Positions 44,901 through 52,840 of a stretch of 54,437 nt of DNA are shown here, one piece after another. Position 1 is the stretch's first letter. Every line of letters begins with the position of its first letter. The stretch is from a virus (Duplodnaviria; Caudoviricetes). The stretch lies in the IMG/VR virus record IMGVR_UViG_3300042807_000082, positions 1-54,437 of that record; one strand, given 5' to 3'. The position numbers were made by a program, and so were the translations under genes. The notes under the pieces were generated by a model, which saw only the letters and a list, made by a program, of their open reading frames with translations, searched no databases and was not told where the DNA came from.

Positions 44901-47417
44901 TATCACGGTCGTGCTGGCGCAAAACTGGACAACTTCAACAACGAGTACGTTAAGCCCATCACAGAACTTGCCAAGGCAGTTGCCAAGGCTGGTGGTTCTC
45001 TGAAGGAAATTGACGACTACTTGTACGCACGTCACGCCATTGTTCGTAACGAGATCCTGCGTCAGCGGAACTCGAAGAAGGACTCCGGTATGTCTGATGC
45101 GGAAGCCAACCAGATCCTGACGGACGTGCAGAACAAGCCGTATGGCATGGAGTTGGAGCAGATCGGTCGACTGATTGACGCGATGGCGGAAGCCAAGCCC
45201 CAGTTGATGTTTGATGCTGGCTTGATTTCTCAAGCCCAGCGTGACGCTCTTGCCAAGATGAAGCACTACGTCAACCTGTCTGGTCTGGATGCGCTGGAGG
45301 ATCAGGACATCCCCAACTTTGGCAGACGCTTTAACTTGCGTGGGTCTGAGATCAAAGCCGCAACCGGACGTACAAGCCGCGCAACCAACGTGCTGGCTCG
45401 GACGATTGCAGACTTTGAGGCGAAGATCATTCGAGCAGAGAAGAACCGAGTTGCTGAATCAGTCCTCAAGATGATTGAGGAAAACCCTGATCCCAACTTT
45501 GCCGTGGTTCAGCCGCTCAAGCGCAAGGCAGTTCTCGACAAGAACGGGAACGTGGCTTATGTCGGCGACCCAATGTGGGACCAGAAGAACGGTGCGCTGG
45601 TTGTTAAACGCAACGGTCAGGACGTGAAGATTGAATTCATGGACAAATCCCAGAATTCATTCGCTGACGCTATTGGCGGTCTCTACAACCAAGGCGAGAT
45701 GTCTTGGATCATCAAAGCGGCAATGCGCTGGAATCACTTTGCCTCTGCGCTGGTGACCGTGTATGCACCTGACTGGGTGGTGGTCAACGGTATGCGAGAT
45801 ATGCAGACCGCTTTCTACAACTCTCGTGCTGACTTCGGTAACGAACGAGCCATCAAGATGTTCACCGAAACCAAGAACTCTTGGAAAGGTGCGCTGAAGT
45901 TCCTGACCGGGGCTGGCAATCAGAACGATGTGTACGTCAAGTACTACAACGAACTGCGTGAAGCAGGCGGTCTGACCCACTTCCTGAACATGGACACCGT
46001 TGGCGATGTGTCAGCCCAGATGGAGAAGGCAATTGCCAAGGTAGCCAAGGCACAAGGTGCGTCCGGCATCTTGTCTAAGGCTGGCGGCATGACGATCGAT
46101 GGGATCGGTGCAGTATTCCGTGGTCTTGAGACGTTCAACAAGACGATTGAAGCCGCGCCTCGCCTAGCCGCCTACAAGGTACTGCGTGAAAACGGGTTCT
46201 CCAAGGACCAAGCCGCCCAGTATGCCAAGGAGTTGACGGTCAACTTCAACATGAAGGGCAAGCAACAGGGTATCTCTGCCGCTTACCTGTTCTTCAACCC
46301 CGCTGTGCAGGGTACTGAGCGCATCTACCGTGCGTTCAAGAATCCCGCTACTCGCCAGATGGCTATGAAGACTGCCGGTAGCCTCATGGTCTTGGGCTTT
46401 GCCGCTACCGCATACTCGCTTGCCGCAGGCGGCGAGGATGAGGACGGCGTTCCGAAGATCAAAAAGCAACCAGAGTACAAGCGTCATACCTCGATTGTTC
46501 TGCCGATCCCGGGCGCGGAAGAAACCATGCTGTCTATCCCGTTGCCCTATGGCTGGAACTTCTTCTACGCCGCTGGCGTGGAGTTGGCTAACACGGTGCT
46601 GATGAACAAGTCGACAGCAGATGCTGGCTTGTCCGCCATCAAGGCTTTCCTTGGTGCTTACTCTGTGTTTGGCGGGGATGACTCCTCCACCTTCTTTGGC
46701 TGGATGGGTAAGAACGTCACCCCCACCCTTGGGAAGCCAGTGGTCCAGTGGATGATGAACGAAAACCGGTTTGGTTCTCCGATTTACAAGGAGTCCCCGG
46801 GGTTCATTCCAAACAAGCCGCCAGCATCCGAGCAGTACTTCGAGTCCACCTCGTACTTCTCCCGGTTTATCACTCGGAAGATCCACGAGATGGCTGGTGG
46901 TACGCAGACTTTGCCAGCAGAGAACAAGATGTTCGACATCAACCCAGCATTGCTGGACCACTTGTTCAGGTCTTATGTGCCGGGTCTGCCGAGCGACGCT
47001 TTCAAGGCAATGGACGTTGGTTACCGCAAGTCTCTTGGGTACGAAGTTCCACCCAAGGCAATGCCGCTGATTGGAAGGCTCACCTCTACAACGCCGGAAG
47101 GCTACGACATTGGTGCGTTGCGGAAACTCAGTGAGTATGTGGAGACCCGCTACTCAGCCCTCAAGGACATGAGCGATGCCGACCAAGAGAAATACCGTGC
47201 AAGGTTCCCCAATCTGGCGGATATGCATGGAGTCGTCGAGCAGTGGAGGAAGTTCTCCATGAGTGAGCGGGAGTCCATCAAGAATGCCCGGGCTGACAAG
47301 AGCATTCCTGAGGACGTGCTGATCAAGGCTATCAACGAGTCGAAAGCCAGAGAGCGGAAGTATGCCGCTCAGTTGGTCAAACGAGCCGTCGAACTAGGTT
47401 ACGACGACAAGTTCTGA
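38976..47417 (+). CDS. Giant polyvalent ejection protein (zincin-like peptidase, ART-like region, LPD38-like C-terminus)
   Basis: 2813 aa; LFHETYGHYGLR; GHLS..NFDEF...GFGDSVYSGGVYF; ELTVNFN, YLFFNPAVQG, IPLPYG, NENRFGSPIY. Confidence 0.8.
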   Translation: MALENEVNEYSRQFGIRATPVFKDADTAKDEVRRGIARPQTMVEMQRRYGAPDIPTETGEPVNDTPLAEKPKPAVDPNDPSGGVGFVDSVKKGWQGVMLTWDFLANKLEKAVTGDTKDTEQILAASAEKYLGMKSDPRIAKAIEVASESFDKEDGVVAGTYEGSKAMLGFFVDNPGAIVNFLGEQVPALGAAVALRNPAAAVPTGIARGLVTRGALSSIESAAVKGAIVRGTEMAAKGAAINSIAVVSGSLGSNYVEGLEKFGGDTEAAKDYATTKTLAEVPANAVAGAFMAFNPFASRFASPTLAATANVGTQAVIQGTGGATGAYMAAKSVGEDPKFGELALEFFGESLTAPVDVLATRSEIKADRAKEARDKAMDGVTVGVDRLNQMVNTDRGLSVFAAMYQDATPEVKTKIDAVVEGAGLTDKFQSALEDKKTVESGQKIVEQNQAFIGVVNRSLSAVTDDALADLKASNQKTADATTEAPATTETQPQSTSVRITDPAGKVYEGTMLANGMIEAKMPDGSSFTVPASFAAKIEPIQSGETNAAETGQKPKGRKSKRVGTDEQVQTDGQTGVVETAEQTGGTETGGGDSTVQGGGETQVADTTAKVAKQTTPKPRKGRRSRGATTDLESTSKNIDDLTKMAQEKAARGESLTAEETSAIEQAIAEGKAAVSKARETAAKGEALANEALSTTTDNSTATTEAPGATKAKRVSKRKQQGVVGDLLQANRELKQEEREANKETNKKNRQAARSDASLDILEEDVVAGRITADEAKAKIADAKKAKQINAGRAAQLTSKVEQAVRTREENKANEQAKAESGGSEALTNRISQELNRIEAEKQDAQMKAKNKRPSRGAVKKEVLTEEIGAVNKYVNDSIVRVTEGISSDVSASFLEKSALALGSLAKQLETRASEIAPNTSIGIWVKSSLNNLARDVRAAEGLVKKAQSEQTGKSREQAQKAVDRIIDNARKVLGRGNETITRIENRDNATELDEAQFTPEEVVESGTKTGRPKGSKDVLSNFAGKPFAEFGLDEFTDTKDPEVFLSGGGLGFLSKDKWFRSLDAALRKASKNKDVELRQNILDSIKDSELQAYEAWKEGKSKRLNLLRQATKDKSIKQEQLKALLNDPDFVFSGYVFNDYPNLALFERPLEYLRQRNPDVDTSNAMYRAILRLGGGVADSSNVWFESIFTAISNRPDLEGQILSRLSNDEVARYKQWSERQDRAMDLAQRMRQRGAEYKRYIDIIDEYGADAEGVEISYEQLLGVIGDIERSGGDTANLFSRGAGTGGGGMSVASVYAMVKQLTKGWTNAPNIEVVNAEIDLPQSIKDRLAKDIERNPDGVAQGYFDQETGTVYLFADNMFSGADVEFTLFHETYGHYGLRGILGDKLNAFLNRAYATSNRVREATKAWLDENRPDNAGKEWDAENRLLAIEEGLSNLNAQGQELGLFKQVLVMIRDFAESMGWDSIVEYLDNVSEVEVASVLADARQYAKDGNPFTFSTTGTALFLRAGHLSQANFDEFVLNNSVQDSGFGDSVYSGGVYFYRDTNLGQGYLMRVNLGSAGLVPRRGNPKSINQHIEDAIDSGGSAGVLEAPQANAVLEIVEETKRLAYAARLEKLDDLSPILKKVASEYESRMEAEMEVAENDGDMDAVSAYAEAISKAREIANWKINQVGDPVKYVVEIDDKVVSDNFAQWDGKISDGPKSVQQFFADRPYIKSVLKLAAEDPNFAANIRSSGNRTALDPNNPTFAWAYDALVEYKRANMFGNSRGNQSDVNAAKLDVASEMSEGGVKGSFHWETQRSKDEDPNLVVYDPKMIRIVKKEPSPKSPALYSRKQQSRPVEVVAKKGDKTHGLAVYDPILQEWTIFTNPNADIRTGKHNVQYAKKIDDVMNVLKTVPGVQITSMKAYPGRTPASPQVMVATQQNQSAFKKMIQRKIDDIVIYTQNQYLPIKRYVDNLRANERLSDDANVWQKLILYHGRAGAKLDNFNNEYVKPITELAKAVAKAGGSLKEIDDYLYARHAIVRNEILRQRNSKKDSGMSDAEANQILTDVQNKPYGMELEQIGRLIDAMAEAKPQLMFDAGLISQAQRDALAKMKHYVNLSGLDALEDQDIPNFGRRFNLRGSEIKAATGRTSRATNVLARTIADFEAKIIRAEKNRVAESVLKMIEENPDPNFAVVQPLKRKAVLDKNGNVAYVGDPMWDQKNGALVVKRNGQDVKIEFMDKSQNSFADAIGGLYNQGEMSWIIKAAMRWNHFASALVTVYAPDWVVVNGMRDMQTAFYNSRADFGNERAIKMFTETKNSWKGALKFLTGAGNQNDVYVKYYNELREAGGLTHFLNMDTVGDVSAQMEKAIAKVAKAQGASGILSKAGGMTIDGIGAVFRGLETFNKTIEAAPRLAAYKVLRENGFSKDQAAQYAKELTVNFNMKGKQQGISAAYLFFNPAVQGTERIYRAFKNPATRQMAMKTAGSLMVLGFAATAYSLAAGGEDEDGVPKIKKQPEYKRHTSIVLPIPGAEETMLSIPLPYGWNFFYAAGVELANTVLMNKSTADAGLSAIKAFLGAYSVFGGDDSSTFFGWMGKNVTPTLGKPVVQWMMNENRFGSPIYKESPGFIPNKPPASEQYFESTSYFSRFITRKIHEMAGGTQTLPAENKMFDINPALLDHLFRSYVPGLPSDAFKAMDVGYRKSLGYEVPPKAMPLIGRLTSTTPEGYDIGALRKLSEYVETRYSALKDMSDADQEKYRARFPNLADMHGVVEQWRKFSMSERESIKNARADKSIPEDVLIKAINESKARERKYAAQLVKRAVELGYDDKF
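40612..40785 (+). CDS. 57-aa basic protein nested in the +1 frame of the giant gene
   Basis: GGAG-6nt-ATG; MPLKPGKSQ...KQAVAIALSKAG. Confidence 0.7.
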   Translation: MPLKPGKSQRVVKANVSELMSKFKQTGKLGSSKPQSKQAAQKQAVAIALSKAGAKRK

Positions 47418-47623
47418 TCGAACCGATTGGCGATCTGATTGACGAGCGCCAGAACTTCTCGGAGTTCTGGTGGCTCGTTGATCGACTCCCAGTCAAACTT
47501 GTTCAGGTACTCACGCGCTTGCAAAGCAAGCCGACGAGGTTCACCAACCTCAGACTGATACCTTGTGGATAACTCGAAGTAGGCTTGTTCCAACTCTTCG
47601 CATTGTTGCTTCATCTTTCCCAT
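47399..47623 (-). CDS. Hypothetical protein next to attP
   Basis: MGKMKQQCEELEQ, SD AAGGA. Confidence 0.6.
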   Translation of the reverse strand: MGKMKQQCEELEQAYFELSTRYQSEVGEPRRLALQAREYLNKFDWESINEPPELREVLALVNQIANRFDQNLSS

Positions 47624-47760
47624 GACTTTTCCTTGTGCTGTATTTGTACACAAACAGTACTGTTTTTAACTCAAAACAACTGCACATCAAATGCGGTACT
47701 CGATGGTAAGTTGTTGATTTAACTGCTAGTTACTTAACACTACTCAATGCTACAAATACC

Positions 47761-47806
47761 ACTGTTAATCCGTAGGTCCCTGGTTCGAGCCCAGGTCGGG
47801 GAGCCA
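47761..47806 (+). other. attP core = 3' half of tRNA-Asn(GTT)
   Basis: ACTGTTAATCCGTAGGTCCCTGGTTCGAGCCCAGGTCGGGGAGCCA: anticodon loop, T-arm and CCA; no 5' half. Confidence 0.9.
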
Positions 47807-47815
47807 ATAAAATCA

Positions 47816-47843
47816 AGGGGTTAGGCTATGCCTAGCCCCTTTT
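47816..47843 (+). terminator. Hairpin terminator after the tRNA fragment
   Basis: AGGGGTTAGGC-TAT-GCCTAGCCCCT plus T-run. Confidence 0.65.
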
Positions 47844-47847
47844 GCTT

Positions 47848-48909
47848 TTAGGCACTGTGTCGTATTTGTACACAAGCCTCTGACTCCGGCTCGAAAACCC
47901 GGTCGATTGCACTGGAAGCCTTGGCTAAATGGTCGACTGATAGGTGAGCGTAGCGTCTCACCATCCTCGCATCCTGCCACGCACCCAGTTCCTGTATCTT
48001 GTCCAAGCCCTCGCCGCTCTGGCGCATCAGACTTGCCCAAGTGTGCCGGAGGTCATGCCACTTGAAGTTGTCGATTCCAGCCCTATCCAAGACCTTCTTC
48101 CACATCTTCGACGGAACCTCCCGTACAGGCTTTCCATCGGGTTTCACAAAGACCCTTACATCATCCTTACCGACCCACGGTCGCAACGCTTGCAAGGCTG
48201 TCTCGTTGATTGGGATGGTCAATGCCATTCCGTTCTTCATGACAACCCCGGGAAACGTCATCTGGCGCCTTCCAAAGTCCACCTGTTGCCAAGTCAGATC
48301 CTTGATGTTGCCCAGACGTAGCCCAGTTGCTACCGCCAGCATCGCCATCGAACGGTAGGGTTCTTCCATCGCAGACAGAAGTCGCTGGACTTCCGCCGGA
48401 GACAGGAACCTCACCCTCTCATTGCGCTCTGGCAAGCATCGGAACAGGGGCGCTTGATCTAGCCACTGATACTCACGGGCGGCGGCATTGATAACCGCTC
48501 TGAGTAGGGCAATCTTTCGATTGACCGTGGCGGGAGCAATAGGCTTCCCATTCCTTTGCCGAGGTCTGCCAATCTCCTCGTCTCGAATCAACCGGACAAC
48601 GTCCGCATTGATCTCGTCTAGGAACTTGACCTTGCGAGCCTTGAACTTTGCAGTCCACCACTCACCCCTCTTCACATCTTCGTGATGTGTACGCTTGTGT
48701 TCATGGTCATTGAGCCACCGCTTGAGGGTTTCATCCCACGTCCTGCGGACAGACTCTTTCAGGAACTTGCCCCTCCAGACCTGCGCCTTCAGTTCGTCGT
48801 GAAACTCCTGCGCTTGCCTCTCATCGCCGGTATTACAAGACCCGCGATAGACCTGACCCTTGACGCCGAAGTTGTACCACCACGTCTTTCCCCGCTTGTA
48901 GATAGCCAT
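47848..48909 (-). CDS. int: Tyrosine integrase
   Basis: TGLRLGNI, HDLRHTWAS, LGAW, RRYAH; adjacent to attP; SD AAGGAG. Confidence 0.95.
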   Translation of the reverse strand: MAIYKRGKTWWYNFGVKGQVYRGSCNTGDERQAQEFHDELKAQVWRGKFLKESVRRTWDETLKRWLNDHEHKRTHHEDVKRGEWWTAKFKARKVKFLDEINADVVRLIRDEEIGRPRQRNGKPIAPATVNRKIALLRAVINAAAREYQWLDQAPLFRCLPERNERVRFLSPAEVQRLLSAMEEPYRSMAMLAVATGLRLGNIKDLTWQQVDFGRRQMTFPGVVMKNGMALTIPINETALQALRPWVGKDDVRVFVKPDGKPVREVPSKMWKKVLDRAGIDNFKWHDLRHTWASLMRQSGEGLDKIQELGAWQDARMVRRYAHLSVDHLAKASSAIDRVFEPESEACVQIRHSA

Positions 48910-48951
48910 AACCACTCCTTTCTGCTACCTACCATCGAGTACCGCTTAGAT

Positions 48952-48980
48952 ATTATAAGTTATGTGCAGCACTCATACAA
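48952..48980 (-). promoter_or_regulatory. int promoter TTGTAT-17-TATAAT
   Basis: Consensus -10 and 17-bp spacer just upstream of int. Confidence 0.7.
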
Positions 48981-48991
48981 GTAGGCATGAT

Positions 48992-49177
48992 TTAACTCTC
49001 AGGCTTGCGCCCGTACCCGTTCTCTACGAAGGCAACCTCTGCAATCAGGAGTCTTATCCGCTCCCGTTGATGCTCAATCTTCTCTTCAAGCATGGCAACC
49101 TTCACCCTCAAGTCGTTTCGTTCCTTCATCAACGCATCCCACTCCACTGCGTTCACCATGATCTGATTCATGCTCAC
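48992..49177 (-). CDS. Small coiled-coil protein
   Basis: 61 aa, SD GAGG. Confidence 0.6.
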   Translation of the reverse strand: MSMNQIMVNAVEWDALMKERNDLRVKVAMLEEKIEHQRERIRLLIAEVAFVENGYGRKPES

Positions 49178-49556
49178 CTCTCAGAATGTTTATGAAGTCT
49201 CTGCCCTTCTTCTTGGCTCGATATCGTGCGGCAATTTCTGCACGAGTCATGACCTCCCGCTTGGCGTCTCTTCCTCGCCCGATCTTGTAAACCTTTAGGG
49301 CATCCCTGCCCCACGAATCCTTTTCCCACATAGCAATGTGCGCGGCTTTCGCACGGTACATCTCACGGGTGTACTGAAGGACGGTGACGTAGTGCAGTCC
49401 TGTCAGTTCCGCCAATTCCATACAGGTGTAGGTTCCCTCGTTCATGTACTTGACCAACTGAGCAAAACTAAGAGCATTCACCTTGATGATGCGACGCTTC
49501 TTCTCCTTAGTGCTTTGGACAATCACGCTTACCTTTCCCGCTGTACACCCGGTCAA
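49086..49556 (-). CDS. Winged-HTH protein (start uncertain)
   Basis: TCMELAELTGLHYVTV. Confidence 0.6.
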   Translation of the reverse strand: MTGCTAGKVSVIVQSTKEKKRRIIKVNALSFAQLVKYMNEGTYTCMELAELTGLHYVTVLQYTREMYRAKAAHIAMWEKDSWGRDALKVYKIGRGRDAKREVMTRAEIAARYRAKKKGRDFINILRGEHESDHGERSGVGCVDEGTKRLEGEGCHA

Positions 49557-49746
49557 CTGTCTCGACCATATAGGTGATCAGCAATTTTTTGTCAGTGTTC
49601 AGTTTCCTGCCAGCCATCGCATAGAAAGCGGCCAGAGCCGGGATCACGTCGTTGTAATCCGCCCCAGCAAGGGCGTAGTCAATCCTGTCAATCAGTTCCT
49701 CGTATGGAACCGTGTTAGGTTTTGGTGCAGGTGCTTTTGAGTTCAT
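49507..49746 (-). CDS. Hypothetical protein
   Basis: 79 aa in operon. Confidence 0.55.
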   Translation of the reverse strand: MNSKAPAPKPNTVPYEELIDRIDYALAGADYNDVIPALAAFYAMAGRKLNTDKKLLITYMVETVDRVYSGKGKRDCPKH

Positions 49747-49993
49747 TGATCATCCGTCTCTTCTCTTCTAGGTATCTGTGTTTTAAGGTCTGATCTGAAA
49801 ACCAAAGCCCAGCACACACAAGTTCCAGTTGTTCTGATGGCGGTCTAGTCTGGAGAGCCTCCCGCTTGCCAGCCTCCCTCCCTCTGGCGAACTCAGCATC
49901 AAGTAACCCTTGTTGCGGAGCGGAAAAATGAAGTGCGAGAAGCGCACCCAGACTAGACCAGAACAGCGCGACGATTACCGTGCGTATTGCCAT
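49715..49993 (-). CDS. Hypothetical membrane-anchored protein
   Basis: N-terminal TM; LELVCAGLW. Confidence 0.6.
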   Translation of the reverse strand: MAIRTVIVALFWSSLGALLALHFSAPQQGLLDAEFARGREAGKREALQTRPPSEQLELVCAGLWFSDQTLKHRYLEEKRRMINELKSTCTKT

Positions 49994-50493
49994 CTGACGA
50001 TAGTCGCCAAATCAGGTGGGGAAAACGTGTCTGGCTTGAGGATCTTTCCATCCTCTCGCCTGATCACTTCGTACTCAAAGCCAGCGCCATCACAGGATGG
50101 GCATGGCTTCTCAGCCAAACCAATGTCAGTTGACTCGGACACCGAGCCAATCCCATCGCAGGTCGAACACGAGCGCTTCACAAACTTGCTCATGTTTGAT
50201 CGCTGGACTTCATCCCATAACTGCTGTGGTCGAAGACCAAGGCTATGCATCATGCCAACCGTGACGTAGATCAGATCAAGGCAAGCGTCTGCTATCTCCG
50301 CAACATGATCCGGATAGTCTTTGTGATCATCGTCACCGCCGTTGATCGCTGGCTGATAGGTCAACTTGTACCAAGCCTCCAGAAGTTCTTGGTACTCCTC
50401 CGCAATCAAACGCTTGTACAACTGAACATTCTGGAACGACGGCGTCTGACCACAAACCCGCATGAACTTTTTCTGGTCTTCGAAAACACTCAT
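49975..50493 (-). CDS. MazG-like / PRA-PH NTP pyrophosphohydrolase with Zn-finger insert
   Basis: LIAEEYQE, EIADACLDLIYV, EVQRSNMSK, RREDGKILKP. Confidence 0.85.
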   Translation of the reverse strand: MSVFEDQKKFMRVCGQTPSFQNVQLYKRLIAEEYQELLEAWYKLTYQPAINGGDDDHKDYPDHVAEIADACLDLIYVTVGMMHSLGLRPQQLWDEVQRSNMSKFVKRSCSTCDGIGSVSESTDIGLAEKPCPSCDGAGFEYEVIRREDGKILKPDTFSPPDLATIVRWQYAR

Positions 50494-50795
50494 GCAGTTA
50501 CCGCCTGTTCTGGAGCCGAGACCTTCTTGCGGTTCTTGGACCCAAGCGGTCTGCCCCGACGCTTCGGCACGGGCTTACTCATGAACTCTTGAAGTCGTGC
50601 AGAGTACCAAGCCAACTTACCTGCATCTTCACCCGGCTTGCTTTTAGAAACCAGCCGGTGGTTGTACTTGATGATCTGACCACGGAGGTAACCCCGAAAC
50701 TCTTCGGGGGACAGCACGTCCTCCATGTAGTCAATGCACTCAATCTTGCCGCTGGTGTAGTGCGGCGGATGATTCACCATGTCTACTTTTTTCAT
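50490..50795 (-). CDS. DUF3310 protein (nucleotide kinase-like) with AT-hook
   Basis: DMVNHPPHYT.G.IECID...KY..R...ED..K..WY; RRGRP. Confidence 0.85.
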   Translation of the reverse strand: MKKVDMVNHPPHYTSGKIECIDYMEDVLSPEEFRGYLRGQIIKYNHRLVSKSKPGEDAGKLAWYSARLQEFMSKPVPKRRGRPLGSKNRKKVSAPEQAVTA

Positions 50796-51040
50796 CCCCT
50801 AATCCCATCCAAAGTGTTGAACAAACGATCCAAGTACTCCTGATCCAACTCTGATTCGCCATTGATCCACGCCCGAATATGAGACTCAACGTGCCGAAGC
50901 AAACTGATCTCGTGGGAGGATCTCCTAAACGCTTCTGAAAGCAACGACCTATCCCTCAACAACCGTCGAACAAAGTCCCTTTGTTCAAAAGTCATCGTCT
51001 CTATAAAAGTCAATTCCAAGGTCTCTGAGGTCATCGTCAT
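50792..51040 (-). CDS. Hypothetical protein
   Basis: 82 aa, coupled. Confidence 0.55.
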   Translation of the reverse strand: MTMTSETLELTFIETMTFEQRDFVRRLLRDRSLLSEAFRRSSHEISLLRHVESHIRAWINGESELDQEYLDRLFNTLDGIRG

Positions 51041-51350
51041 AACTCCCTGAACTCCAGCCCAACTCTTCTTTCTCTCGCCTCTGAGACTTGGGTATCTCTA
51101 CTGAAGCCTTTTTTGCCACCTTCTTTGGCTTTGGGGCTTGTCTACGGGCAATGATTGAAGGGTCGACCTTCGGTTCTTTCTTCTCTACTGGTTTAGGTTT
51201 CGGTTTCTCATGCACTCCCAACATGGTTTCAATGGTTCGATATGTCGTCTTGCAGACGGGGCAGAATCGCTTGCGCTTAACTACCTCGTCTCCAACAATC
51301 CGACTGTCAATGACATCTAACTTCGCTTTCGCTGTGCATCGACACCTCAT
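50985..51350 (-). CDS. NrdR-N-like zinc-ribbon protein
   Basis: C.C...VIDSR...KRKRFCPVC...YRTIE. Confidence 0.7.
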   Translation of the reverse strand: MRCRCTAKAKLDVIDSRIVGDEVVKRKRFCPVCKTTYRTIETMLGVHEKPKPKPVEKKEPKVDPSIIARRQAPKPKKVAKKASVEIPKSQRREKEELGWSSGSYDDDLRDLGIDFYRDDDF

Positions 51351-51507
51351 TCAAAAGCCTTCCCTGTGTTAATTGACTTGCAAGATTCGCTAGTGCATGA
51401 CCCATCAGCATCGCCGGGGTTAACCCACTATCAGAATCTTGGTCGCAACTAACCGTCATCTCCACGCCACCATTCGTGTCACTGAGCGTGACTTGCACTG
51501 TCGCCAT
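51307..51507 (-). CDS. Hypothetical protein
   Basis: MATVQVTLSD with SD AAGGA. Confidence 0.6.
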   Translation of the reverse strand: MATVQVTLSDTNGGVEMTVSCDQDSDSGLTPAMLMGHALANLASQLTQGRLLNEVSMHSESEVRCH

Positions 51508-51694
51508 GTTCTTGTCCTTTTTCTTGTTGGCTTGAGCCGTATTGATTGCGAATGAATCCTTCGAGATCGTCTCGATGGAATCTCCATGAGCGCCCAACCT
51601 TGGCGGCTGGGATTCGCTTGTGTCGGGCGAGGTATCGCACCGACTCAACTGTCATGCCCAAGAAAGTGGCGGCTTGATCAATTGGTATCATCAT
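51479..51694 (-). CDS. Excisionase-like HTH_17 protein
   Basis: AATFLG...IPAAKVGRSWRF. Confidence 0.82.
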   Translation of the reverse strand: MMIPIDQAATFLGMTVESVRYLARHKRIPAAKVGRSWRFHRDDLEGFIRNQYGSSQQEKGQEHGDSASHAQ

Positions 51695-52523
51695 TTTTCA
51701 CTTCTCCTTTTTCGAACTGGAACTGACCGCAGAAGGGTGCAACCTCACAGAAGTTTTCACATCTGCGGTAGCCACCTTTGCGCTCTTCGATTACATAACC
51801 CTTGGCTGGCTCACCAAGTTCCTCTTTGGTTTGGGCAACTTTCGTTGCCCGTTTGCCACCCTCTTTGATCAGGGCGTAAGTTGTCCCGGCATACCACCGC
51901 TCTTCATCAGAGCATGGAACAAACTCGCCACGATCAGCCTTCTGATGCATTGCAATCCGCTCTTCCACATAGGCTTTGGTCTGGTCTAGTGACCAAACCG
52001 GAACATCAATAACCTTCACGTTTGTCTGTGGATAGTCAGGATTCCGGGCGGCATCACTCCTGCGCCAGTCCCTAAAGATCGCAATGATCTGAAGGTGATC
52101 TACCTCGTATCCATTCTCATGGGCGAGAAAGCGCAGGACATTAAGTTGACGTTCCCAGTCTTCTGAGCCGTCAGCCTTAAATACTGTTGTGACCTTCCAG
52201 TCTTGAAGAGTCTTGTCGCCAAGGTGAAGCCGGTCAAACTGACCGCTTAACTCCCAGCCATTGACCTTTGCGTACAAGCGTTCTTCAACAAGGGCTGATG
52301 TACCAGCCCTTTCCAATACCGTGTGAACAGCCTGACCAAGCAGAGACCAAACACGCTCAGACACATCCTCAACAACCGCAGACTTGTACTGCTTGTACAA
52401 GGCTCTGCGTTGCGGAGCATCGATCAGTTTGGTTACGCTGATGTCACCGCCGCCCACATACGCATCGTTGCGTACAGCGGCAACGAATGCGTCAGGCAGT
52501 CCGTGAAGATTGGTGAGGTTCAT
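51678..52523 (-). CDS. PD-(D/E)XK (Cas4-like) exonuclease
   Basis: GQAVH, LSGQFD, DWKVT, QLNVL, C-terminal C...C...FC. Confidence 0.82.
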   Translation of the reverse strand: MNLTNLHGLPDAFVAAVRNDAYVGGGDISVTKLIDAPQRRALYKQYKSAVVEDVSERVWSLLGQAVHTVLERAGTSALVEERLYAKVNGWELSGQFDRLHLGDKTLQDWKVTTVFKADGSEDWERQLNVLRFLAHENGYEVDHLQIIAIFRDWRRSDAARNPDYPQTNVKVIDVPVWSLDQTKAYVEERIAMHQKADRGEFVPCSDEERWYAGTTYALIKEGGKRATKVAQTKEELGEPAKGYVIEERKGGYRRCENFCEVAPFCGQFQFEKGEVKNDDTN

Positions 52524-52840
52524 TAGAAGTCCACACCTTCGTCCAAGTCAGAGCGACGGGGTTCTTCGGAACGAGCGGCTGGAGCCGAACGTGCCACCGG
52601 GCGTGAGCCGCCTTGCGGTTGGTAAGGATCACCAACTGAGCCACGCTCATAGGTCATGCCAGACTTTGCCTTTGCACCCCACAAACCACCCTCCAACTTC
52701 AGACCACGAGGCAGGAAGGTACCATCACGCAGGGTGATGTCCTCGTTCACCTCGATGACGACGTTGCGGTTGGGGGCTTTGTCAGACTTGCGCTTGGTGT
52801 TTTCGAAAACTGCGATGCTGATTGCGGGAATGTTGCTCAT
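52523..52840 (-). CDS. Putative single-stranded DNA-binding protein
   Basis: F.N..KSDKAP...LW; acidic DF C-terminus; lies between the annealing protein and the exonuclease. Confidence 0.65.
   Translation of the reverse strand: MSNIPAISIAVFENTKRKSDKAPNRNVVIEVNEDITLRDGTFLPRGLKLEGGLWGAKAKSGMTYERGSVGDPYQPQGGSRPVARSAPAARSEEPRRSDLDEGVDF

Larger units (their letters stand above)
47640..47875. mobile_element. attP region: arm-type repeats, IHF sites and core
   Basis: GTATTTGTACACAA at 47640-47653 and 47862-47875; inverted partial copy at 47751-47759; IHF consensus WATCAANNNNTTR at 47707-47719(-) and 47811-47823(+). Confidence 0.8.

Noticed and set aside
47761-47806. Functional tRNA-Asn gene
   Set aside because: The 5' acceptor strand and D-arm are absent; it is the attP core.
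49762-49771. 10-nt match of the 4.4 kb RNA (TCTCTTCTAG) upstream of gene 49746
   Set aside because: Short, low complexity and expected by chance.
51678-52523. CRISPR-Cas locus suggested by the Cas4-like nuclease
   Set aside because: No array or other cas genes; Sak-SSB-exonuclease context indicates recombination.
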